From Octopus vulgaris (lineage: Eukaryota): DNA of 64,000 nucleotides. Shown here in pieces: positions 53,864-64,000 of the stretch (its first letter is position 1; every line of letters begins with the position of its first letter). The notes below the pieces were generated by a model. The model made no database searches. It was not told where the DNA came from and saw nothing but the letters and a program-made list of their open reading frames with translations. The translations under genes and the position numbers were made by a program. The stretch spans positions 117,242,001-117,306,000 of the forward strand of contig OX597823.1 of NCBI GenBank assembly GCA_951406725.2, read 5' to 3'.

Positions 53864-54497
53864 CAGTTATAGTAATAATAATAATAATAATAATGATATA
53901 ATCTTCTTTACATCCCATTCTGCCACTAGTTTTTGAGATTCACCTTCTTGAAATCATTTCCCCCACTTCTTCCCATGTCTTCCTTGCTCTTTCTCTTCTA
54001 AAGATTCTTTCTGTTTAGACCACTTGGTACTGATTTACTAAGCTGTCATCCACTATACATTATATGTTCACACCAGCACAGTCTTCTCTCATTTACACTA
54101 CATCTGCTTTCTCGTACACCCTGTCTTTTCCTCCGCTTCTTTGTTCTCGGTTATTCATATTCGCTTACATTTTCACAGCCAGAGGAGCCTTCTTGCTTCA
54201 TTTCATTCTAGCCTTTGCTTATCCGTCACAATTAATTTTCATATGTTATTACCATGAAACATCACACTTCATACATAATTATCATACAATCCGTCCTTCA
54301 TTTAGCATCTCTGTGGCTCCAACAAGGATAATAGCTCCCCAAATTTATCCAAACTAGATTCTTTTTAGAATATTTCCAGAATATTTTTCAGTCAAGCTAA
54401 ATTTTTCTTCATCAGGCAAGTCTGAAAACAAAACTACCTCCACTGCTAATTAAGTCATCGAGATAACAGAAACTCACACAGAATTTAGTGAGCATTT

Positions 54498-54835
54498 ATC
54501 ATCATCATCATCATTTAACGTCCACTCTCCGTGCTAGCATGGGTTGGACGATTTGATTGAGGTCTGGCAAACCAGACTCCAATCTGATCTGGCAGAGTCT
54601 CTACAGCTGGATGCCCTTTCTAATGCCAACCACTCCGAGAGTGTAGTGGGTGCTTTTATGTGCCACCAGCACGAGGGCCAGTTTGGTGGTACTGGCAACG
54701 GCCACGCCCAAATGGTGCTTTTTATGTGCCACCTGCACAGGAGCCAGTCTAGCGGCACTGGCGACGACCTCGCTCGAATGTTTCCTGTGCCACAAGCACA
54801 AGTGCTAGAAAGGCGACACGGTAACGATCACGATC
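54498..54835 (-). mobile_element. SINE-like family C, long form
   Basis: Reverse complement of the 45580-45982 architecture. Confidence 0.85.
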
Positions 54836-54947
54836 ATTTAAAAGTTTTTACTTCATGGATATTCTTGCTGCCAATAATTCATGCACGTTTGCTCGTGGCT
54901 ATTTTTTTTTAATGAGGAACTTCTACGGTCGTTTCACTAGAAAGAGG

Positions 54948-56100
54948 GGATCTTTTCTATTTTGAGGCCAGTTTTTTCAAATTTTTCCTACTGAACCAAA
55001 CAACTTCGTATACTGGTAGAATGTGTCAAAAGTAAACTTAATTGTAAACCAGAATGAAAACGGAATTGTAACTTCTAAGTTTAACGTTGTTTAATAATTA
55101 GAATTTTAACCAATGATATTCCGTCATTCGGCTTTATTTTATTTACTCCGTCTCGACCACCAATTTCGTGACGTATTTAACATCTTAAATGTAAACAAGT
55201 CAGCCACCTTCTAATAACAATATTTAAAACTAGTTAATAAGCCACATGTATTAAATTGAAAATGTTTCCATTCTGTATGTCTGCATGTATGTGTGTGTGT
55301 ATGTATGTGTAAGTATGTGTGTGTGTGTATGTATGTGTGTGTATGTATGTATAGCCGATTCATCGTAATCGTAATTACGATGAATTGGCCATACATACAT
55401 AGATACATACACACACACACATACATGCAGACATACATATACACATACACCGAGTAAAAATTTCAGTTATCTCTCTCTTTCACACATTACTCTCTCTGTC
55501 TCTTCACACACACTAACAGAAGCACTTCACTTACACAACATACTGTCTCCCACACCCCATCAAACACACACACACACACACATGTACATCAATGCTTCCC
55601 TAGACGGTAACTTCAAAGACAAACTTCCCTCGTCATAAAATCGCTTCCTCTTAGTCTCTTTCGCTCTCATTACTTATGTAAAAAAATAAAAGTTTTTTAC
55701 GGAAATCGACAGAAAACTTGTGCTACGACAAGCGAAACTTCGCCGAAATTTAATATTAAAAAGCAAAGAGCTGGCAGAAACGTTAGCACGCCGGGCGAAA
55801 TGCGTAGCCGTATTTCGTCTGCCGTGTTTGTTTACAGTTTTCCGAACGTTAGTACGTCACAAAAGCGCTTTCTACGTCACACTAATAGAATGCAGTCAAG
55901 TTTTACACATGAAAACAAACAATCTGATTGGTTAAAATTCGCAGTTTTAATCTACGATTAAAGTCATAAAATAGATTTTTCTCAAATAAACTAGTTCCAA
56001 CCTGTGTCTTGTTTTGCTAGACTCTATCAGCATACGAAGTTTCAGATTATTTAGTTAAGTAGAAAGATCTGTGGTCCTGGCTTCAGAATAGAAAAGATCC
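54948..56100. mobile_element. Non-autonomous DNA transposon, 24-bp TIR, 8-bp TSD (Merlin- or hAT-like)
   Basis: GAAAGAGG|GGATCTTTTCTATTTTGAGGCCAG ... CTGGCTTCAGAATAGAAAAGATCC|GAAAGAGG. Confidence 0.85.
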
Positions 56101-56452
56101 GAAAGAGGATATCGATGACACAGTGTCCTGGCACAGATCCAAACTGCATCTCATCTCTGCTAGTTTCCTTTCTTAATTGCTTATGCAATTAACCATTTCT
56201 ATTTCTTTCAGGATTTGTTCCACTGCTTCCTCTGTAATTGTTTTGTTCTTCCCTTTTGTAACAATTGGTTATATGACTAAATCTCCCACCGGCAATGACA
56301 CCCTAACCCTAACCCAATCTAATCGACTATGTGTTATGTGTCCTTCTTCATCAGATATTTTCAACGACTATCCCTGATGGTTCAACTACTTTCTCTGCCT
56401 TTATACTCATAATGGCTATTTCAAATGTATAGCTGTTGGTTTTATTTAATAA

Positions 56453-56848
56453 CTAGCAGTATCACCCGGCGTTGCTCGGGTTTCTTTCAACCCTTTAGTA
56501 TTGGAATTTTTGAGAAGTAAAAATTTTGCATTATGTAGCTTGTTATTCTCTTTAAGTGAACATTTTTCTGGCTGAAATACACCAAAAAATGGCGACACAG
56601 CAGTCGAAAAATCGTAAAAAATAGGGATTTTCATAGAGAAAAAGCACCTTTTTGATGTAAATAATTTTTGGTGTTAACATGGTCTGATTTGAATTTTTTC
56701 TTCTACGGAATAAAGAGCAAGCCTTCTTCTATCATACTCTCAATTTTGGTCAATTTGCACTGCAGGGTCTCGGAGGAGACAGTGTTAGTTGAAGGCTACC
56801 AATCCTGCCATACACACACAGACAACTTCAGCTTCATATAGAGAGAGA
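56453..56848 (-). mobile_element. Non-autonomous Helitron
   Basis: Minus strand A|TCTCTCTC start; 3' hairpin CCCGAGCAACGCCGGG then CTAG|T; AT target, no TSD. Confidence 0.8.
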
Positions 56849-57144
56849 TTGATCCCTGTATCAAGTCTACTTGATGTAGTCTCTCTCTCTCTTCCTCCCC
56901 ACCCACCCACTAAGAATTCTTCTCAATCAACAACCTCTCATAGTGGCACACACATGCACGAACGCACACACATACACACATAGACACACACACACACACT
57001 GGTAAATACCAGGCTGAGCCAAAAGTTTTGGGGATTTTCACTGATGACTTTTGGCAAAATATATCACCTCCATGTAATATCAACAATTTGATGCAACTTA
57101 TTTTCCAGTAGTTTGCAGAACTGTTTCTTCTTTATGTTCATGTA

Positions 57145-57384
57145 CAGGACGGCCCCAAAATAGGTTTACAGTTATCACGTATGCACTTGAAATTTCTCTT
57201 AAAACATTTTGTTACATTTAAATTTCTATTTTACAAACTGAAAAAGAAGCTTAACAAAATTAACTAAATTAGCAGAGAATAATGGTTTCGTATTTGTTTT
57301 TTGTGTAATTAAGATCTAAACTGTTAATATAGGAATGCGAAAGAGGATAATTGAATGGCTGTAAACCTACTTTTGGGCCACCTC
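57145..57384. mobile_element. Tc1/mariner-type MITE
   Basis: TA|CAGGACGGCCCCAAAATAGGTTTACAG ... CTGTAAACCTACTTTTGGGCCACC; right end abuts a SINE. Confidence 0.7.
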
Positions 57385-57682
57385 TTTCACTTGTTTCAGT
57401 CATTTGACTGTGGCCATGCTGGAGCACTGCTCACTTTTGCCAAACCACAAAGTTATGGGGACGTAAACACACCAGCATCGGTTGTCAAGCAATGTTGGTG
57501 GGACAAACACAGACACACAAACACATATATATATATACATATATATGACGGACTTCTTTCAGTTTCTGTCTACCAAATCCACTTACAAGGCTATGGTCGA
57601 CCTGAGGCTATAGTAGAAGACACTTGCCCAAGGCGCAACACAGTGGGACTGAACCCAAAACCATGTAGTTCATAAGCAAGCT
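57385..57682 (-). mobile_element. SINE family A with internal deletion
   Basis: Reverse-complement match. Confidence 0.8.
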
Positions 57683-57834
57683 AAACATTAATTGCTTATT
57701 CTTTATTTTACACCTTTTATAATGAGTAGTGAAAAAATTGCAATTAGAGCTACCTGTACCCAAGAAAAGCTGTACTACACAGAAGAAGTGTTAAGGCTAC
57801 TCCTCCGGTAAAGAAGATTGGCTTGCAAGAGTCT

Positions 57835-58100
57835 TGTGCTGGCGCCACATAAAAAGCACTCAAGCTGGTGCCACGTAATAATGCTTGTGTGGTGCTATGT
57901 AAAAAGCACTCAACACACACTGTAAAGTGGTTGGTGTTAGGAAGGACATCCAGCTGTAGAAACACTGCCAGATCAGACAGGAGCCTGGTGCAGCTCTCCA
58001 GCCTACTAGTTCTGGTCAAGCTGTCCAGCCCATGCCAGCATGGACAACAGACATTGGAAGAATAATAATAATAATAATAATGATGATGATGATGATGATC
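57835..58100 (+). mobile_element. SINE-like family C
   Basis: Family match, (AAT)n(GAT)n tail. Confidence 0.75.
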
Positions 58101-58559
58101 ATCATCATCATCATCTGTCATTATTGTCATTACCATTCATGTACAGAAGCAGATATCACAATCCTCCTCTTCCTCCATCCAGCCATTTCCGTAATCAGTT
58201 GTGGTCATATATTTGGGAGATTAGCACCGACTACTGGTGGGACAGGAATCTCCAGGCAGAATCTGAACTCAGAACACAAAATGCCAGAGCATCATATCCA
58301 ATTCTCTGACAGTTCCATCAATCTTGATTTGGTATTTTATTTAATGAACCTGAAAAGATGAAAGTAAAAGTTGACCTTGGCAGGATTTGAACCCAGAAAC
58401 AAATACTAGAGAAGATTCTATCTGGCACTCTAATGATAATCATCTCATCACCTGAAAAAGTACTTAGCATAAGTTTGAATATACATACAAGAAGAAACGA
58501 TTATTTCGTTATAAAAGTAGTGTATATAGGAGTGTGTGTGTGTGTGCAGGCATTACACA

Positions 58560-58948
58560 TGCTCATATATATCTGTTAACATATACACACACATATATCT
58601 ATGAACATAAACATACACATGTCTATAGACATGCATACATGTATCTATATACATGTGCTCAATAATATTTATACATGTACACACACACACTCACACACAT
58701 ATACTCATACATGCACAAACATGCATATATATACATACACAAATATATATATATATATATATATACATGCACAAATATATATATATATGCACTACAAATA
58801 TACATTTCTATACATAGACACACATATCTATATACACATACTCATACCCATATACATGTATATTTATACGCATGTGCATATACATATATATATATATATA
58901 TGTATATTTATAGGTATGTGCATATATATATATGTATATTTATATGCA

Positions 58949-58990
<42 letters not shown>

Positions 58991-59080
58991 AGTACACATA
59001 TTTATATACATGCACGCATATATGTATATTATATACCTACAATCGTATATGTATACATACATACATACATGTATACGTAT
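58560..59080. repeat. Degenerate CA/TA microsatellite
   Basis: Direct inspection. Confidence 0.85.
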
Positions 59081-60807
59081 GTGCAGATCAACGCACTACT
59101 GATTCAATGGTTTGTAACAACAGAGAGTTTTATTATAGCAGTAGCAACCACTAAAGAAATATTCAGTGGTGAAAAATCCATCGAATATCTTCATAAATCT
59201 GCTGTATAATGGATCAATGTGAACTTTATTACAGTGCCAGTTCCGTTAGCATCCTGGGAATTTCTCATTTCAAACAGAAACCTTTTATCTCTTCAGAGAT
59301 ATGTATGTATACATATGTGCAACTGCATCTCAGAACCAACACAAGCTGTCTGTGCACACATGAGTGTATGTGTTTGTATATTTTTATATCTGTGTATGCA
59401 TTTGCCTTTTATGTATGCACATGTGCTCATGTGATTGTGTGTATGTGAGATATAGATACAGCTACACATATAGGAGCATGTATGTATGTAGATACAAACA
59501 TAAATATATATCTATCTACATAAATGTATTTACCATTATAGATATATGAGTGCATGTGTGTGTGTGTGTGTATTGTTTCTTTCTAACCAATGCTAACCAG
59601 GATAAATGTTATGATGGTAAATATCTCTACTCATTTCTAAGTGTTTGTTAGAAATAAAAAAACAGGTTTTTAAGGTTATGAATAGCTTCTCACATGCTTT
59701 AAATGCTTCAAATCCACTTAGACTTTTCATTCTGGAAACATTCAATATTTTATAAATATGCAAAGCATTGCTTTCTTTTCACATGATCAATTTCTGTAAG
59801 GAAGATATGGAGTTGACTGAATTAAGACTAGCATTTTATGGCCACATAATTCATTGACTCATTGTTAATGACAGTAAAAGAGATCTCTGACAAAATTTTG
59901 CTCTCAGAGCTTAGAAGTGCAAAATAGCAAAGTAACTAACTTGATGCTGAGCCTCTCCATTTCTGCTAACTCCTCAAAACTAAAAAGCCTGAAGAGAAAC
60001 ACCAAATTTTAGGCATTGCAACATTTTCTTTATGATTGAGCATTTACATGTATGAAAGGATTGTATTACTAACTATTATCACATGTTATACAATGAACTG
60101 GCGGTCACTGGCACATTGCGCACAATGCTCGGTTGAATGTTATCCATCTTTACATTCTGAGTTCAAATTCCCCCAAGGTCACCTTTGCCTTTCATCCTTT
60201 CAGGGGCAATAAAGTAAATACTAGTCGACCAATGGGCCAATGTAATTCACTTGCCCCATCTCACAAAATTTCAGACCTGGTGCCAATGGCAAAGTTACTA
60301 CGTTATAAAACATGGAAAACATTTAAGTTTTCCAGGACAAACTTCCATTCATGAACATTCACAAACAATCACTTTGAGATTTAACCCTTACTAAACATTC
60401 CACAGATCCTTCGAAAGATGAATGGATTTTGCAAGGAACCAATGGCAGCAGGTGTTTTACTATTTGTCTTTTAAAGGATTGTGTTGTGTTTGTGGAATTT
60501 TCTTGAAGCTTCTACTTCAGGACACCTAACCGATAGAAGCACCATTGTGTTACTTTTGGCTTTAGATAGAAGGAAAAGAGATGTCTTTCACACTGTGAGT
60601 AGAGCTAGTGTCTATGATTTACCTATGATTTACCTGTGTACTCATTAAATCAAGGAGTGAAATTTGTGGTTTTACCTTTAATTCTTCTATCATGGTTTTT
60701 CTTCACAACATGGAAACTACATTTCATGAATATAAATAAATTTCTAATATTATGATATATTTTTTAATGTAAACCATTTGCATGTGTGTGTGTTTCTTTT
60801 ACTTTTT

Positions 60808-61172
60808 GTTTTCTTTTATTTGTTTCAGTCATTTGACTGCGGCCATGCTGGAGCACTGCCTTTAGTTGAACAACGCAACCCCAGGACTTATTCTTTGTAA
60901 GCCTAGTACTTACTCTATCGGTCTTTTTAGCCAAACCGCTAAGTTGCAGGGATGCAAACACATCGACATTGGTTGTCAAGCAATGTTGGGGGACAAACAC
61001 ACGCAGACACGTACACACATATATATGACGAGCTTCTTTCAGTTTCCGTCTACCAAATCCACTCACAAGGCTATGGTCGGCCCGAGGCTAGAGTAGAAAG
61101 CACTTGCCCAAGGTGCCACACAGTGGGACTGAACCCGGAACCATGTGGTAAGTAAGCAAGTTACTTACCACA
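60808..61172 (-). mobile_element. SINE family A
   Basis: Reverse-complement match. Confidence 0.88.
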
Positions 61173-61224
61173 CAAACACACACACACACACACACATATA
61201 TATATTCCTTCCAGTCTTTCAAAA

Positions 61225-61427
61225 TGTGACCTCGTGTGTACGGTTGGCGATTTTTTTTCCTCTGTCTTCCCTTCTCTGGATCTTTCCTTCTCCTATGTTT
61301 CCAACGAAGAGCTCCGCTCGAAACATTAAACCCTCCTTCTTTCCTTCTTTCCTGAGCGTTCAATAATACTATATTTGTTCCACGTCCTCGCGTTGTTGTG
61401 TTTTTTTGTGCTTTCTTGTTTGGATTA

Positions 61428-61432
<5 letters not shown>
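61225..61432 (+). mobile_element. Penelope-pLTR-like element with hammerhead-like core
   Basis: GTTT-CCAACGA-AGAGC-TCC-GCTC-GAAAC-ATT-AAAC; homolog of 41996-42190. Confidence 0.65.
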
Positions 61433-61471
<39 letters not shown>

Positions 61472-61474
<3 letters not shown>

Positions 61475-62325
61475 CATAAGGGACTAAAGCCATCTGAATA
61501 TGGCTAGGGACAGGGCAGGGTGGTGGGGGTGTTACTGTTGCATTTAGCCCCAGGCGAACATCGACGTCGCCAGATAGGCTTGACACCATCACGGTGTCCT
61601 TTAACCTGCAAAGGGAGATAATTCCCCGATGAAGCGGAAACCACACACGGACCATGGTTTCAAGGTGTATTGCCTATCGTCAACGTGTGGTAGGCCTCCG
61701 CTTCCTCGACGAAATCTCACTCTGCAGGATATTCATATATAGATTTTCAAGCAAAATACATTTGCTGATTTCGAAAATCTGTTCGACAGCAATAATAATT
61801 CTCTAAAAGAGATATAGACAGTAACTGCTCGATAACATAAGGGACTAAAGCCATCTGAATATGGCTAGGGACAGGGCAGGGTGGTGGGGGTGTTACTGTT
61901 GCATTTAGCCCCAGGCGAACATCGACGTCGCCAGATAGGCTTGACACCATCACGGTGTCCTTTAACCTGCAAAGGGAGATAATTCCCCGATGAAGCGGAA
62001 ACCACACACGGACCATGGTTTCAAGGTGTATTGTCTATCGTGTCGAGGAAGCGGAGGCCTACCACACGTTGACGATAGGCAATGCACCTTGAAACCATGG
62101 TCCGTGTGTGGTTTCCGCTTCATCGGGGAATTATCTCCCTTTGCAGGTTAAAGGACACCGTGATGGTGTCAAGCCTATCTGGCGACGTCGATGTTCGCCT
62201 GGGGCTAAATGCAACAGTAACACCCCCACCACCCTGCCCTGTCCCTAGCCATATTCAGATGGCTTTAGTCCCTTATGTTATTGAGCAGTTACTGTCTATA
62301 TCTCTTTTAGAGAATTATTATTGCT
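61472..62325. mobile_element. 361-bp structured unit: 1.6 direct copies plus one inverted partial copy, inserted in (TA)n
   Basis: Unit starts 61472 and 61833; inverted copy 62042-62325; only ~3 mismatches between copies. Confidence 0.85.
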
Positions 62326-62404
62326 ATATATATATATATATATATATATAAAGACATAAATGACAGAGAAATAGTTTGATGAAAATTTATTTAACAGTGT
62401 ATGT

Positions 62405-62625
62405 ATGTGTGTGTATATGTTTGTGTGTCTGTGTTTGCCCCTACAACATTGCTTGACAACCGATGCTGGTGTGTTTACGTCCCAGTAACTTAGCAGTTCG
62501 GCAATAGAGACTGATAGAATAAGTACTAGGCTTACAAAGAATACCCTCTGGGCTCGATTTGCTCATCTAAAAGCAGTGCTCCAGCAGGGCCGCAGTCAGA
62601 TGACTAAAACAAGTAAAAGAGTAAC
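62405..62625 (+). mobile_element. SINE family A, 3' half
   Basis: Family match. Confidence 0.8.
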
Positions 62626-62672
62626 AAGAATATTCAAATATCATAACAAATTGTTTCATAACTTAAAACATT

Positions 62673-62910
62673 GGAGGCGCAATGGCCCAGTTGTTAGGGC
62701 AGCGGACTTGCGGTCGGAGGATCGCGGTTTCGATTCCCAGACCGGGCGTTGTGTGTGTTTATAGAGCGAAAACACCTAAAAGCTCCACGAGGCTCCGGCA
62801 GGGGATGGTGGTGATCCCTGCTGTACTCTTTCACCACTCTAAAAGGCGGTGCTCCAGCATGGCCGCAGTGAAATGACTGAAACAAGTACAAAAAAAAAAA
62901 AAAAAAAAAA
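62673..62910 (+). mobile_element. Chimeric SINE: D-type tRNA head/body plus family A tail and poly(A)
   Basis: 62673-62840 matches the 35845-36146 family; 62841-62889 is the A tail AAAGGCGGTGCTCCAGCATGGCCGC. Confidence 0.8.
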
Positions 62911-63152
62911 TGTATGTAATTTATATTATTATATTTAATAATAAATAAATTACTTACATATCTGTATTATTACAAAATGCAAAAAAATCTTTCAAAATAA
63001 TGTAGAATTTAAGCTACATCCTCAGGTGAAAGAAAGTCTTTGTCTTCTCTTGTAGCATATGTTCTCTGTTTTGTAGAATGATGCATTTAGGAGCTTTTTT
63101 TATAAGCACTACCAGATTACTTGAATCCATATAATATGACTAAATATATGTA

Positions 63153-63186
<34 letters not shown>

Positions 63187-63189
63187 TGT

Positions 63190-63380
63190 ATGGGGAGTAT
63201 TCACGAAAAAACAAAAGACAAAGACAGGTGGTGTAGAAAACAAACAGATGTATTAGTATAATGCTCAGGAATTGAAAAAGTCTTTAACGTTTCGAGCCTA
63301 CGCTCTTTCACAGAAAGGAACACAGAAAGAAACAAGGAGAGAAAAAATGTGTTGTAGTGGCTACCGATCTACCGTGGCTA
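63190..63380 (-). mobile_element. pLTR-like element with hammerhead-like core (second subfamily)
   Basis: Minus strand CTTT-CTGTGAA-AGAGC-GTAG-GCTC-GAAACGTT-AAAG at 63282-63317. Confidence 0.55.
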
Positions 63381-64000
63381 ATGTATGTATGTATGTATGT
63401 ATGTATATATGTATGTATGTATATATTTATGTATATGTGTATGTATGTATATATGTATGTATGTATGTATATATGTATGTATATGTGTATGTATGTATGT
63501 GCCCACAATTACACAACAGGCACCATAGATACCAGCTCCAACTACAGTATAAAACACCTCTTCACATCTGTTCAGTCTTTTTTCTTCATCTGATGCCAAA
63601 ACCAACACACTAACACACTGGTGCTCCTTTTAGGTGCTTGAGTTTCACTAGAACCATGGAGATTAAGGCAAACATACTCCAGTCTGCTAATGAGAATTAG
63701 ATTTACATAGGTTGGAGACATGTGTCTATATAAATGGAATTAACTCATGCAGCTTCCTGAGTAAATTTAGTACTTGGACTCTCATTACAAGTATGTTGTT
63801 TTGGTTGTAACCATGGAAGACAAGAGTTCCACCTATGTCAGTCCTTGTTCTACTAAATTACGGCTAAAACTATGCACAGAGATTACTGGAAAGTAATACA
63901 CTATAGTACAAAAGTGTGTGTGCACAAGGGTTTGCTTATACAGTCAGGTGATAAAAAGAAAGAAAAAAGACGAGTTCTTGCCGTAGTGTTTAGCCATTAG

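Noticed and set aside
56300-56320. Telomeric CCCTAA repeats
   Set aside because: Only ~2.5 units; consistent with chance
61431-62351. Three paralogous small ORFs MVRVWFPLHRG...
   Set aside because: Explained by the DNA duplication; ends differ and run into microsatellite; no recognisable domain

Overview
AT-rich, microsatellite-dense eukaryotic DNA. The repeat families suggest an octopus/coleoid cephalopod genome (inference, not a database result). Most of the window is intronic or intergenic: about 50 SINE copies in four or five families, decayed Penelope-like, RTE, REL-type non-LTR and Tc1/mariner fragments, several MITEs with clean TIR/TSD, a non-autonomous Helitron, a 5S rRNA copy, a 68-bp tandem array running into a 100-N gap, and long (TA)n/(TATG)n tracts. 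Nearly all ORF-track entries are microsatellite or SINE noise. No complete host gene is recognisable; two candidate minus-strand exons near 35.5-36.6 kb splice into an open frame. The most notable observations are a young 361-bp structured unit in tandem-plus-inverted arrangement (61.5-62.3 kb), a satellite built from an RTE coding segment, a 5S rRNA fused to a SINE, hammerhead-like cores in non-autonomous elements (one with a tRNA head), and a large foldback element. I found no convincing new multi-gene system. SINE boundaries are approximate (about +/-10 bp).
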